Below, piece after piece: positions 23,009 to 37,663 of a stretch of DNA of 64,000 nt; position 1 is the stretch's first letter, and each line of letters starts with the position of its first letter. The position numbers and the translations under genes were made by a program. Source of the DNA: Protoeuglena noctilucae (taxonomy: Eukaryota). A model generated the notes under the pieces. That model was not told where the DNA came from. It did not search any database and was given only the letters and a program-made list of their open reading frames with translations. The DNA lies in NCBI GenBank assembly GCA_958009085.1, contig OY253672.1, positions 496,001 through 560,000 of the forward strand. Direction: 5' to 3'.

Positions 23009-26000
23009 GATGATATTCGCGGAATCGGTTCGGCCCCTGCCCCGGTGGGGGTTGCCGGAGCGACGGTGGTGGTGGCCGCGATAGGTGGCGGTGGTGGGGC
23101 GAGAGGTGTCGGGGCGGATGGTGATGCTGGAGGACTGCGGGGGTGGGTGTAGAGGGAGATGGGCTATTAATGGATCAGTTTTTGGTGGATGGCGGCTTTT
23201 GATGCCACCGCGCGATGTCACAGCACCATTGCCACCCTTTGCCAATAACAAACATACTAACACGCAGCACCCACCACTCGCCTTGTACATGCCCATTAAA
23301 TCCACTGCATCACCCCCATAACACAAACTCACCTCAAGTATGTCTTCCAGATACCAACACTTACCCACTATAATCACCCACTATATTACCACAACACCAC
23401 ACATAAAACACAAGCTCACCTCCAGTATGTCCTCCAGAAACAGATCCCGCACCGGGTGCGTGAACCCGGGAATCTCGACCCGCGGGCACCCATGGAAATA
23501 GTCGCAGAACAGGTGACTATTTAGCGTGGCGCTCATCAGCACCACCCGCAGGTCGGGTCTCTTGGGCAGCAAATCACGGAGCACGATCAGCAGGAAGTCC
23601 TCGGTGCACCCCCGCTCGTGTATCTCATCCACGATGACGTGTGAAACGCCAGAAAGGGAGGGGTCGCCCACCAGGCGACGGAGGAGGACGCCGGTGGTGC
23701 TGGGGGTGGGGGGGGGTGGGGTGGCGGGGGGGTTGGTGAAGGGTGGGGTGGGGGTGGAGGTGGGGGTGGTGATGAGGGTGTGAGTGAGGGTAAGGGTGGA
23801 CATGCATGAAGCGGTGGGGGTGGGGGAGTCGCAACAAGGACTGCCGCTGCAATCGGCGATACCAGCGCTCATTCCCAACACCGCTAACATCTTGCACCAT
23901 GCATTCTCCCCCACTCACCAGAACAGCTGCCTCGTGTCGTCAAGCCGTACTGTGGTCTTAGTGCAATCCATTCGATTCCTCACCAGAACAGCAGTCGTGT
24001 ATTCTCTGATCGCCTGCTCTCCAGCCGCATCCGATAGCCCACCTCCCTCACTCACCAGAACAGCAGCCTCGTGTCCTCCGACCGCCTGCTCTCCAGTCGA
24101 ATCTGGTACCCCACCGTGGCACCCAGAGACTCCCCACGCTCCTCCGCCACCCTGCGATATGGGTGATGACGCGACAGTGGGGTTACTATGCTGACAGCAT
24201 GCGAGATGGGCATTGTATCGGAAATGGCATGGCTTGGTGTGGCAACCATCGGTCATGACTCACGACCCATCACACGCTACCTTGCCACCCTCCCTACCCC
24301 CCTCCACATCATCCATCACCACACATCCCCCACATCTCCCACCCACGCACCTCTGCGCCACGCTGATGGCACTGATGCGCCTGGGCTGCGTGCACACGAT
24401 GCTGGTGACCCCGCCCCTCCCAGCATCGTCCGCCTCCTCCAGCAGAAACTGGGGGAGCTGCGTCGTCTTGCCGCAGCCTGGGGGGTTGGGCGGGGGTGGG
24501 GGAGGTGGTGGCGTAATACAGTATGGTGCTTTTGCATGGTGTCGATAGTGGTGATGGGCCAACCAACCCCTAGAAGAAGCCCATGCCACTTAACCCCACT
24601 CCCTCATCTCACCCGTCTCCCCCGACACCACCACCACCACCACCACCACCGATCAACCACAAGAAACAGCTCAGCTCATCCCACCCCACCCCTCACCCGT
24701 CTCCCCCGACACCACCACCACCTGGTGCGCCGCCACCGCCGCCAGCAGCTCCCCCCGCTTCCCCCACGCAGGCAGACGCTTGCGGAACTCCAACAGACGC
24801 CCCGCAGCCGCAGAGCTGCCACGGCTGCGGGCGGGCGCAGCAACCGCCGACAGAGCGGGGGGGGCGGTTTGCTTGAGCGCCCCAGGACCCTGCTTGGCGA
24901 TGCTGTTGTTATTGCCACTGACATTGTTATTACCGCTGCTGCCAACTGCCTCCACCGTTACCGCCCGCTTTGCATCCGCGCTGGGCCGCGACGGTGCGAC
25001 GGGCGTTGCTCTGATGGCCGCCACACTCCCGCTTGCACCCCTGCCCCCAACCGCCACAGCGCGCACTGCCGGAGCCCCGCCATCCCTCTCGCTGCTCTCA
25101 GCCACTGCATGGTCGTTGCCGATACCACCACCACCACCACCACCACTTCCATTGTCATAGTCGTAGTCGTCATCATCATCGTCGTCGTCCCATGCGTCCT
25201 TCACCACTCGCGGTGCCTCCGCCGCCACGTGCAGGCGCTTGGTGGGGGGAGCCACCGAGCTGCAGTCAGTTATTATAGAAAGGAACAAGCATCACTCGCC
25301 AGCACCACCAGCCAACACCGCCATAGCGCAAGTGCCACACTGGCACCCCCCCCCTCCAGCACATCCACGTGTACCCACTCCACCATTCCACCGCACATAC
25401 GCACGCACGCACCTGGTGGCTGGCGCGGCCTCATCGCTGCGCTGCAAAGACGTCCCCACGTGCCGCAGCGCATCCCGGATCTGCGCCTGGGCAAACGGCG
25501 ACATGTCCACCTGACGCTCCGTCTGGGCACGCGGGTCTAGATCGGCTCTGCGAACAAACACGTACGCGGTGTGTCATGGTGCGGACACATTGCGGACAGT
25601 CACAATGGCATGTGGGCCCCTTCTCGCCTGTACTCGGGCAGCGGCACCCGGCTGACGCAGTGCACGGTCGACGTGCCGCGGCCGTAGGTGCGGAAGAAGA
25701 GACCCTGCGCCCGCGATATGCCTGCCAAGTCGGCGACTTGCTCCTGCGACAGGTGCGCCCGGATCAACACCTCCTGCTCCTCCGGCCCGGCGTATGCCAG
25801 TCTCTGCACTTTATCCTCGATATCCTCCCAGTCCACGTCCTCGGCGGGAGGGCGCTCCCTACGCATCTGCGATCGTAGCTACGCATCCACCCTCGCAAAC
25901 ATCGCGGGAGGCTCGACGGCGACGATTCCAGCTGCGATTGGGTGTCCGCGATGCTCTTTACCTTCGCGAGGCGCTCTTTCCGCCATTCGGGGTCCCACCA

Positions 26001-26240
26001 GCGCTGCGTCTCGCCACCCCGGCCCCCTCGGCCCCCGCCCCCGCGGCCCCGCCCCCGGCCGCCATCGCCGAAGCCCCGGGACCGGCCTGCGAAAGGAGCG
26101 GCTTCCTCACGATGTTCGTGATACACCCGCGATGATTAGGCCGTCAGAGATATCACGCAGGCGCGCGACGGGGCCAGGAACTGCGTCGGCCCCCATCCCC
26201 GCCTGGCCCGGCGCACACCTCGCCCTCGGCCGGCCCCCAT
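23009..26240 (-). CDS. DExH-box RNA helicase, DExH1/DHX36-like; 3' part lost at the gap
   Basis: RGG-rich N-terminus, [80 protein letters not shown]; helicase-C, HA2 and OB domains not seen. Confidence 0.92.
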
Positions 26241-26666
26241 GTCTCGCGGAAGGCTCGTGAAAGAAGGCACACGCTTAGGCAAACCCCATGCCACGAGACG
26301 CACGGAGAAGAAACGGTGGATGGTGGCTCGCAGCGTGGCTTGCAGAAGCACGCTCCCGTCTGGCTTGCCGCTCTGATGAAGCCCGGGGCAAGCTTTGCTG
26401 GTGCGCGGTGTTGTAGCGCTGGGTGTGAACAACAAGCCCTCTTAACACGGCAAGCTGTTGTCTGTCGCGCCACGCTGCCCGACGGAATCGACGCGCGCAC
26501 CCGTTGGTGTTAAGGCAAGAAGTTCAAAACCCAAATCCCTCACAAGTGCGGCGCGGAGCGAGACCGGCCTCAAGGAAGCACCGCCGCCCAGGCCGCCGTC
26601 CACGCCCCTGCCTCCCTGCCACCCGCGGTCACCCGCGATCGCGCGGATGCCGCGGCGGAGCGCAGC

Positions 26667-27464
<798 letters not shown>

Positions 27465-27783
27465 TCAGCTTCTTCGAACGCCACCCGGCAACCCCAGAGA
27501 GGGCGTGCGGGAGCGACCGGGCTGAGCTTTGGCCGCGGGGTCGAGCTCGTTTTCCGGCATCAGAAACCGGTGTCGCAGCAGGTGGCGATCCGCGCGTTTC
27601 CGCCTCTCCCGCGCTCTCCAGCCGCATTGATGCCCACTCCCTGCGGGCGCCGGCGATCCTGTAAGGCACGGGCCCCCCGTGTCTGCCGGAGCTGCCCGCA
27701 ACCGGTGGAAGACACCGCGGCCCTCGCGCCCGCGCCTCTGGAGCTGCGCGACTTCGTGCTTTCATGCCCGCCGACGCGTGACG

Positions 27784-30700
27784 ATGAACTCTGCGCTGAA
27801 TGGAACCGACGCGCGGCGAGGCGCGCGCATCGGGGGCGACCCCGCAGGTCCCCGAGCGCCATGTCCCTCGCTCGTCCCCGGCCGCGCGCGCCTTCGTCAG
27901 CGTCGGAGGGAAGCTGGCGGTGGCTATCGAGACATCGAGGCCCTGGATCTGCTGTGCTCCGGGATCCTGCGGGGCTCGCGCCCGTCCCTGCACGCCCCGC
28001 ACGCTGCCCCGACCGCGACGGTGGCCGCGCCCGAGCGCCAGTCGTCGGTCCCCGCGGACAAGTATTCCCCCGATTCCAACGTCGCGTACCACCCGCGTGA
28101 GTGGCCCGCGCGATGCATGCTTTGAGGCGGGGCTCGAGGCGCAGCGTTCCTTTGCCCCTCTCTCCCCCTCCGCGCCCCCGATCTACATTGCCGCGCCCTT
28201 ATCAGGTGCAAATGTGCTTTATGTACGATAGAGACTGCGCTTTCTGTCCCCTCAGTGACCAACGCGCCCATGGCTTTGTCGGCGCCGCTGCAAGTCCTCA
28301 TCACGCGCATCTATTCCGTCGGCCGCGGGCAGGAGCGTGCCAAGCTGAGCGTCAGCATGGCCACGGCTAACAAGGCGAGGAGCGCAGGGTATCTACTCGC
28401 AGCGTTTCGCATTGCCCAGGCTGCTTTTGACGGGTGGGAGTGCTGCATGCTGCCGTCCGACCCACTCCCGACACTCAGTGATTTTTTAACATGCAGGACG
28501 AGGCGGAGAGCTACACGCTGCTAGTGCTGAAAGAGAACCAGTTCCGAGAGGAGAGCCTGCTGCTGCTGGTGAGCGCCACAAGTCGTGTGCCCTCCCATCC
28601 ACGCACGCCTCACCATGGTATCGACTCAGCCAGCCCCGCCATCGGTGCCCGCTGCCGCAGGGATGCATCGAACTGCTGCGGGAGGAGCTCTATCCCGACA
28701 GCCCAGACATGGCGACAGACCAAGCGGGGGACCGTGGGTTCGGCCCAGCGCAGTACGCGCGCCTGCGTCGCACGGTGGAGCAGGGGGGCTACCTCGCGCT
28801 ATCGTATGATCAAACGTGTGTGCTGTACCACTGGCTGGTAGGGAAGGCCCTGGAGAGGATGACGGCGGCGCGGGGGGAGGCGATGCGCGGCGGCGTGGGC
28901 GTGGCGAGCGGCAGTGTGGCGAGCGAGAGCGGGGGTGCCGGCCAGGCCCGGGGTCGGCCCGCGGGGTCCGGGTCGTCGCAGCGGGCCGCGGGGGTCGAGG
29001 AGACGCCGTTCGGGTTCGTGGTGACGCGCCAGCCGCGTCGCCAGAGCGCCGTGTCAGAATCCCAGGCGGCCGAGGCTTCCCGCAAAGCTCCGTGGCTTTC
29101 GGAGGGCCACGATTCGTTAGAAGCCACGCTGCGGCAGGGCAGTGCAGGAGACCAGGTGTCGGGTTGGAAGGCCCGGAGGCGCATCGCTCAGGTGGCGCGG
29201 GCCAAGAGCCTGGCTGTGAGGTGAGGGAGTTGGGGGATGTGGGGGATTTATTGGTGTCATGCAGGGGTGCTGGGGCTAAGATCCTGGCTGTGAGGTGAGG
29301 GGGTGGGGTGATGTGGGGGGGAGTGGGGAGGAGTGAGGGTGTTATGCAGGGGTGCTGGCAGGGGCGGGGTGGGCTGGGGAGCAGGGTGGTTCTTGAGGTG
29401 ACGTGTCCTTGCAGCCACCCCCACTGCCACCCCCACTGCCACCCCAACCCTCACGCTGACCCTCCCCCCAGGATCCCCGACAACGCGTACGGCATCCGCC
29501 CTTGGTTGGACTCCCTCCACGGCTCCGAGGTGCACAACTTAACGCGCGAGCTGTTCCACTACCGAGGGCAGGCGCAGCAGCGGGGGAAGGGTGCGGGGAG
29601 CGAGCGGGCGTGGCTGCCGTGGTACGACGGGACGCCGGAGGACTACGCGGGGGACGGGGAGTGGGCCGTGATGCCGGGTGAGGGATTGTCGTGTGTTAGT
29701 GGATGTGTTGTTAGTATGCGTGCATGGAAGGAGGACTATGCGGGGACGGGGAGTGGGCGGTGATGCCGGGTGAGGGAGTCATGGGAGAGTGGATGAGATG
29801 TTATCGTGTGACAGATAACATGTTCACTGCTTACTGTTGTATGACGATGTTGTTACGCGCGGGGGCGTGGGGGTGTTGGGAAAGCGGGCAGGCACGGCCA
29901 TCTGCACTGCCCTCCTCTCGCAGAGGTGCGTCAGGTGTCGAGAGGAGAAGGGCCGGTTGACAGACCAGCAGACAAGAGTAACATGCGTGAGATGGCAGAC
30001 GGCCTCGACGAGTGGGACATGCTGGGGCAGGGGGTATTGACAACTGGGCGGAGTGGTGGCCAGGCCGGTGCCAGTGTGACTGGTGCCAGTCGGGGCAGCG
30101 CTGCCGAGAGGGGTGCTGCGGGGAGGGCATCCGTGCAAGACATGGCATCTTCTGTAGAAACCAACACATCGCCATCGTCGTCATCACCATCAACTAAGGC
30201 CGCCTCTCAGGGCCAGCGCGTGACGCTGTCCGGTGCAGCTCTGGACGCGGCACTGGTGGCGGACGGAGAACTAGCCACGGCGAGCGCGCATCTGTCCAAG
30301 CTTTGTCGCCCGGTGGAGGCTCACTTGGACCAGCAGATTGCGTCGGGCAGCGTGGCCGAGTGGCAGGGGGAGCACCGGGCGGTGTGTCTGCGGGCGGTGC
30401 TGGAGTGGGCGAGGTGGAGCCCAGAGGTGAGATGGGGGTGGTAGTGGGATGAGGGAGTTGTTTGTGTCTGCGGGCGGTGCTGGAGTGGGCGAGGTGGAGC
30501 CCAGAGGTGAGGGAAAGGGGGGTTGGGGGTTGGTGGGTGATGGGCGTTGTGGTTGTTGTTGCGGGTGTTGGTGGGCGATGAGTGATGCTGGGGGATGAGG
30601 GCGTTATACTGGGTGGTGAATGGACGGTGTACTGGGTGGTGTTGTTGCCATAATACGTACAGAGTGAGCAATCATACGTGGTCGTCATCCAAACCCACCC

Positions 30701-33700
30701 CCGCTCGTCCCCATCCCACCGTCGCAGGCAGAGGGCGTGCGCGAGGGTGCGCGTGTCTTCAAAACCCTCAATCGCCAGGCAATATTCCCTGAAAGGAGGT
30801 CCTTCCTGGGAGGTCCCAGCGTCACCACCGTCATCCAAATCGCGGGGCACGCTCTGCCGCAGCTATACGCGGATGTGCTGCAGGGAAGGCCCTTCAAAAA
30901 GACACAGGTGGGGATGAGAGGGGAGGGATGGGGTGGAATGTGACTTGCCACCCACACCGACACCCACACCCACACCCACACTGCTACCCCCACCCTCACT
31001 GCCACCCCCACACCCACCCTTCCCCACACCCACCCTCCCCTTCAGTCCGAGGCGTCCGGCCGTTGGTTCCGCGTGGACCCTCTCCCCAGTCGTCACGCGG
31101 AGGACGGGGCATTCAAGTGGAGTGATGACTACCTGCGTCGACACCTGCCCTTCGTGGTCAGCCAGAGGGTCAAGATGGAGAGAATCGGTGAGGGGAGATT
31201 GTGGTGTAAGGGAGGTGGTATTTGACAGAGGGATGGGCGTGGCTGGATGGTGCACACTTGGCAGTAAGGGGTGCCAATCATGCGCAACTACTAGCGAGAG
31301 TTACTGTTCCTTCACCTGTGTATGGTGAGTCAACTCCCTCTCTCTCTCTCCCCCTCCCCAGACCGCTACACGCTGCAGGTGGGACTGGCGGATGCCCCCG
31401 CGTCAGAAACAGATGGGGCCGCAGGAGGCGACAGCACGGACAGCGGTGACACCGGGAGTAACAGCGTCGCGAGCAATGGTGGTGTCACAACCAGTGGCAG
31501 AGGAATGAGCCATGACGGCAACATGAGCGATCGCAGCCATATGAGCAATGGCAGCCACAGCCATACCAGCGACCGCGGTGTCTCCGTGACCCTGGGCCCC
31601 TCTCTGCCCGGAGAGTCCCCCTGGCAGAGGCCGCTGCTGTTCGCGGGGAGCACTTTCCACATATCGGGGGAAAACGCCAACGACGTGCGGCTGCTCGTGC
31701 AGGCGAGAGGGTGTTATGATCGTATCATTGATAGCGCTAGTGTGTGAGAGTGAGGGTGAGAGTGAGGCTGCTCGTGCAGGTGAGGGGTGTTATGATGTCA
31801 TTGTTGGTGCTAGTATGTGAGACGGGGGCTGCTGGTGCAGGCGAGCGGGCGCGAGGGGTGTCACATGGTGATTACTACGTCCTCTTACGGCTAATGAGGA
31901 CCACCTCACCCACTCTTACTCCCCATCCCCCACCCTCCCCAGGCACTGAAGGCCTACGTCACCGATCGCCGCGGCCGTGGCCCCCTCCCCCACGACCGCA
32001 AGTGGTGGCGCAAGCACCCGCGTCACTGGGTGGGGTGCGCGGAGGCAGCGCCGCCCATCGGCGAGGAGCAGAGCGGCATCTGGCTGCGGCAGGCCGCGGG
32101 GCTGGTGCCGGAGAGTGATGTGCGTGAGGGGCAGGGGCAGGGGCGGACGGTTGGGCAGCACGCCGTGGCGGTGGTGCTGGGCAACGCGTGGTGAGTGACG
32201 GTGGCAATGGTGGTGGTAATGGTGCTGCTGGGTAATGCGTGGTGAGTGGCGTGGTGTGGTAATGGTGGTGGTGGTGGCAGTGGCGATGGTGGTGGCGGTT
32301 GTTATCTGGGGCTGCTGCAAGGGAGTGGCGGCAGCAGTGGTTGATAAGAATTGGCCCAATCGCTGCAAAGGCCTACCACCCTTTGTGTACTCACCCCTAC
32401 CCCGCCCCCCCGCCCCCTCCCTCGCAGCAGCCCGGGTGACTCCTCGCAGGCCCCCGCCAACATCACGGTGCTGCAGGGAGTGACGGACTCGCAGCTTTGG
32501 AACATGGTCATGGCCGTGGACCTGCTGCTGGCTGACACGGCCGTGCTGCCACGCGTGTTTGCTGGGCCGCCCCCGCCGCCCGAGAGGCGCGGCGCTCTGC
32601 ACGAGGTGAGATGCCTGTGATCTCTGTCTCTCTTCGCATGCTTTCGCTTTCTTTCTTTCGTTCTTACCGCATCTGCTGAGACGGCATTGGCACGGTGCCG
32701 AGACACATGACCGACAGCGGCTGCGTCTTTGCATGCGCATGTCGACTCCATCCAATGCCACGCAAATCTCATCAAGAACTCCTCCCTTCGCTCATCCCCG
32801 TCCCCAGGCCCTCGTCGCGCTGCAATCCCTCCCCGCCCGCTTTGCCAAGGCCACCGCGCCCGCATCAGTCCTGGCAGGCCTAGCTGCCCTCGCCTGGGCC
32901 GGCCCGTCCACTCTGAACTTCCTGGGAGCGCGCGCGGCCCTCTCGCAGCCCCCGCCGGTCGCCCGCATGCTCGGCGCGGCGCAGGGTATGCCCTCTGTAC
33001 GCGTCGCCAATTCGAATCTCACCTCTGCCGATGCCCAGCGCCTCTGCGCCCTCGTGCGCCGCCACATCGGCGACGTTCACCTGCCGCCTGAGTCAGGTAA
33101 GAAACGTGCTGTGCTTTGCGTGGGGAGGGATGCGAGTGGGTGGCGCGTCGGCTCGGCAGTCCCATGAGTTGAGAGTTGTAATGTCAATGGCTCACTGCTT
33201 ACAACTCCACTTGCACATTGCCTCACTTCCTCGCTGCTTCATCCCTCGCAGTGTCCAAGGCCAGGGGTAAACCCGAGGACCTCTTGCGTGGTCCCCTCGC
33301 ACACCGCGGCAACCGGGGAGGCAACTCCGCATCCGAAGCAGGCACCGAGGTCGTGTCGTACCAGGTGAGACTCGAATTTGTTGGGAATGCAATATGCGGT
33401 GCACTGTGCCGTCTGGCAGCACGTACTCTGTCCACAGCACACCCTGCCGGCCAAAGCGGTCGATTCCCACATTCCCACCAATGCTTTCATCGAATGCGCT
33501 CAATCAATCAAATCACTCCCTCGCTTCAACCTCCCCCGCAGGTCCTTGCCTCTCTCGACGGAGCCGTCCTGGGCATCCGCCCTTTGGACCCTCCCTCGTT
33601 GCGGGTGCAGCCGCTGCTGCGGGCAGACGCGGCGATCCACGGCGCGCGATTCTATCGCCGGCACGCGGAGCACCTCGCGCGCCACGTGGACCCTCGAATG

Positions 33701-34338
33701 GACCTCTATCACCGGGCAGCCAGGGCAGCAAAGGGGAGCATAGGGGCAACTGCGGGTGCCGCGGGGGCAGGTGCAGCTGCGGGGCCGAACGCGGCGAGCG
33801 GGGCAGCGGCGTCGCCGAGCGGGGCATCCGAAAACAAGAATTCAAATGATGAAAGCGCGGAGGGGCGTCGGGCGGCGAAGGAGGCGGTGGCGGATCTGAA
33901 GCGCAGGGCGGCAGTGAAGGGCGTGCCGCGGCCCATGCCGTGGGAGCGGCTGTCCGGAGTGCGGGGCGCGCGGCCGGCGGAGGTCGTGGCGTTGCGGGTG
34001 AGGGCCGCTGCTGCTGCTGCTGTTGTCGTAAGAAGGAGGGATTGATGCAGAGCAACGAGGGTTGTTGAGCCGCGAGGCGGAGAGGACATGCAGAGTGAAC
34101 GATGACAATGCCATTGCACCTGGCAAGCCACGCCGTCATATCAACAGCATTGTTTTTATATGCAATGCGGCGTGTCCTGCTCGGGTGACGCCCGCAGGTG
34201 GGGATTGAGAGGAACTGCGGCGTCAACCTCGACACGGGCCTCCTGGAGCCGAGCACAGTGCACGTGCGGCTGTGGGAGGACGCCGATTCCGTGCGCCTTT
34301 GGACGGGCGCCGGCGACGGGTCGGCGCGGGCGGCCTGA
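27784..34338 (+). CDS. Large uncharacterized multi-exon protein, possibly organelle-targeted
   Basis: Chain of splice-compatible exons (IPDNAYGIRPWLD, DRYTLQVGL, VVSYQ|VLASLDGAVLGIRPL, last exon VGIERNCGVNLDTG..ARAA-TGA 34336-34338); family not recognised. Confidence 0.6.
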
Positions 34339-34620
34339 TGCGACAAAGCGCCGTGCAGCATGCGCAGCGCGGCGTGGATGTCCGCCTGCCTGCACTTCGC
34401 TGCACCTCGGGCGGTGCCCAAACCGCGACCATTTCATGTTCCGTGTTTCTTCGAGCAGCGCTAGGCGCGCGGCTGCGACCGCTGCGGAAGTGCAGCGATC
34501 CAGCCATAGCCAGGGCCTCGCCCTGTCCTTCTGTCTTTCCCATGCGCAGTGCATGGCATATTCGGCGAATATGAACGACCACGCAAGCATGATATTTACG
34601 AAAAGCTCGATTTTGAAACC

Positions 34621-35313
34621 TCAGCCGAGCGGGAAGCTGGCCACGCGTCGCCAGCTCCGGCACGTCTTGTCGGCCCCGTCCGTCTCCCACACTGCCAAAG
34701 CGCTCGCCTCGAAGCTCGATCGGATTGCCTCGTCTCCGCTCGCGTTGAGCCTGCGATGCATCGCAGGGTGACGGACGCGTCGTATTAGGACTCCTTAGTG
34801 CAGGTGTGAGTGGCATGGACATAGGTGCTGGTACTTACTCGTCCACAATTTCCTGCCGCTCCGCCTGCGAGATGTCGGCGTATAGCAGCGACAGGTGCGG
34901 CATGTAATTCCCCGGCGACATCCCCAAGGCCTCCCGCGCAGCGACGTTCGCCTGGGGGCGAGGCAACCACTCGCTCGCTCGGCCCTTTTCCTGCCGTGCA
35001 CCAATGCAGCGCCTGGCAGCAGCCTCGCCTTCATCAGCTCGTCAGATGTCTCCGCCAGCAGGAAGACACACTGGTGGAAGATGTCGCCGCGAGCCGCGCG
35101 CGCGAATCGGATCGGGAATGGCTCGAGGCTTGCGGCGAGCTGCGAAGCCGCTCCCGTCACGCGCTGCTCCGGCCCATCCACGCCCCCAAGCAGCGTAACG
35201 TGGGGGACGAACGACGTCTCTGATGCCACGCGCTGCTGGAGACGGTCGATGTGCGCTTGGTACTTTGGGGCAAGCGCGGGAGGGGGCTCGAACCAGAGGC
35301 TGTACGTGGGCAT
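34621..35313 (-). CDS. Cyclic phosphodiesterase (2H phosphoesterase, plant CPDase-like)
   Basis: YSLWFEPP, FVPHVTL, FHQCVFLL, YMPHLSLLYAD (two HxT/S motifs), WETDGADKTCRSW; TGA 34621-34623. Confidence 0.93.
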
Positions 35314-35664
35314 CGCCGTCGCCGCGCTTTGGGATCGCCAATGGGTGCTTTGTCAAACCAAGCGAACTTTGGCTGCACGAAGACAACGGCAGCAGCTTTT
35401 AGCGGAATCTGGGGCTGACGCCGTCAGTTGCGCGCCACTGACACGGAGCCACGCTTGCTTGTTGGCTATATTCGCGATGCGGCCTTGCGCAGACGGACAC
35501 CATCGTCTGCACGGACCGGTTCTCCCGACTTGCCGCCGCGGGATCGATCCACCACGTAGTGACCGTCCGTGACTTGAATCGCTCGTCCGCGCGCGCCCGA
35601 AACATCGTTAGTTGGACATCTACCGCATTCGTGTTCGCTGCGAGGACCTGGCGGACGCAGAGCC

Positions 35665-37663
35665 ATGCAATCGATCCGCGGCGCGGCCCTGGCGGGTGCG
35701 GTTGTTGGCCCTCTAACATGCGATGGAAACAGCCCTCCGATCCCGGCCTCTGCATCCCGGCGACGCTCGCGGCTCGTAACATTCGAACCTGTCCGTCCGC
35801 AGGCCGCGCTCCGTGGCGCGCACAGCCCTCGCTCCCCCGCGCGACGTCGCACCCTGCGGTGGTCGCGAGGCCGGTCCGCCGGCGCGCGCAGAACGGTTAC
35901 GGTTACGACTACGGCGGTGGCATGGACCCCGTGCGTTTGGACCCGATGGACCCGCTGCTGATCCGCATCTCCGCCGACCACAGCACGCAGGTCCCCGCCC
36001 CTCCGGGCACGCCCGCTGCTGGCCTAGGTGAGAGCCCTTCTTATTTGCAGCTGCTGACCCCCAGCTTATACCATAGCGCTTGAGTTTCTCGTATTCCTCC
36101 CACTTTTTTCCTTTGGTAGCTTCCCTTGGTTCCTCATCGTGACGAACGGTTGCAGCTACTGCCGCTCGCCCCAACACTCTATCTCTTGCCCCATCCTTAA
36201 CGACCAACCATGACCCTCCCCACCTCATCTCAGGCACAGAGCTGAGCCGCTACATGCTGATGCCCGTGGAGCAGTTCGTGCTCTTAGAGCTGCCCCTGGG
36301 CGCCTACATGGCACGCGAGGACGAGAACACGTTCCAATTAGTCATACCCACCGTCGCCTTCTTTGGTCTTGAAGTGCGGCCCGTGGTCCGGGCGCGCGTG
36401 ACCCACGTGGCCAGCCCGCGCCCCGCGGTGGTGGTGGAGGCGGTGCAGTTCGCGCTCGACGGGTCCGAGCCCATCCGCGCGATGCAGGACCTGGCGGAGG
36501 TGCGGGGGAGGACCACGCTCACCTGGGAGGAAGGTGAGGGGGAGGGGGTGGGGTTTGAGACGATGTGATGACTGGTTGAGGACAGGGACTGGACCACGCT
36601 GAGGTGGGAGGAAGGTGAGGGGGTCGTGGTGGGGCAGTATGAACAGTGGTGAGGCATAAGAGTGGCTCACCAACGATGTCCCCAACTCTGACGAATCAAA
36701 CACCCACCCTCTGCCATTGCCACAATCCAACCACCAACCCACCCTCCCTCTCTCACACCCCCTCAACCAATCGCCCCACCCCCAGGCCCCAACCCGTGCA
36801 TCAACGCCGACACGTCCATCCGCCTCTTCGGCAAGGCGCCCTTCCCCCTCTCCCTGGTCCCCAAGGACCTCATTGAGACGACGGCCAACACCATCCTGCG
36901 CACCCTGCTCGCCGCACTCACGGGGCCCTTCCTCACCAACCTCGCGGTGAGCAAGGGGCAGAGCGAGGGGCGGCGATCGTGACGCTGACGCAGTGCAACC
37001 ACCGAACTGCATTGTGTGGTGCATCGTGTCGCACGGCGCCGCTGGCTGCACTGTTATGCCTGGTAACCGCATAATTGCCCTGCCCTCTGAGCAACCCACG
37101 ACTCCATTCACCATCACCCCTGCAGCACGACGCACCTCTTACTCCCCCATCACCCAACCACCCCCTCCCCCCGCCCCCCCCCACTCCCGCAGAAGGACTA
37201 CCAGCGTTGGTCCTCGGACCCCGCCTATCGCGAGGAGCGCATGAGCATGCGGAGGGCCAGCGTGGTTGACGCCGCTTACGACAGCAACTACGCGAGTGCA
37301 AACCAGCAGGCCCAGTCGGGGGCCTATCCCGACAGCATGATCTACGATGGGCCTAGGTACGCCCCCACGGACTACGCCGCTCCTGTGGGTGGGTATTACC
37401 CGGGTGGGGTGGGGCAGCCGGACGGCTTCGCGAGGCCGGGGGGTGGGTACGGGGGGTACGGTCAGCAGAGCGGTGGGGGTGGCAGTGGGTACGGGCAGCA
37501 GGGTGGTGGTGGTGGTGGCTATGGGCAGCAGGGTGGCAGTGGTTATGGGCAGCAGGGCGGGGGTGGGTACGGGCAGCAGGGTGGTGGGGGTGGTGGGTAT
37601 GAGCCTAGGGCGTACGGTCGGCAGGAGTTTCGCATCGACGGTGCTGGGTGGGAGAGGTGGTGA
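35665..37663 (+). CDS. DUF1997-family protein with transit-peptide-like N-terminus and Gly/Tyr/Gln-rich tail
   Basis: LSRYMLMPVEQF, FQLVIPTVAFFGLEVRPVV, PFPLSLVPKDLIETTANTIL, FLTNLA|KDYQRWS; tail of GYGQQ repeats. Confidence 0.8.

Noticed and set aside
23009..26240. Functional link between the G4-resolving-type helicase or Pol kappa and the local G-rich introns
   Set aside because: Neighbourhood rarely implies function in eukaryotes, and the intron pattern affects all long genes here
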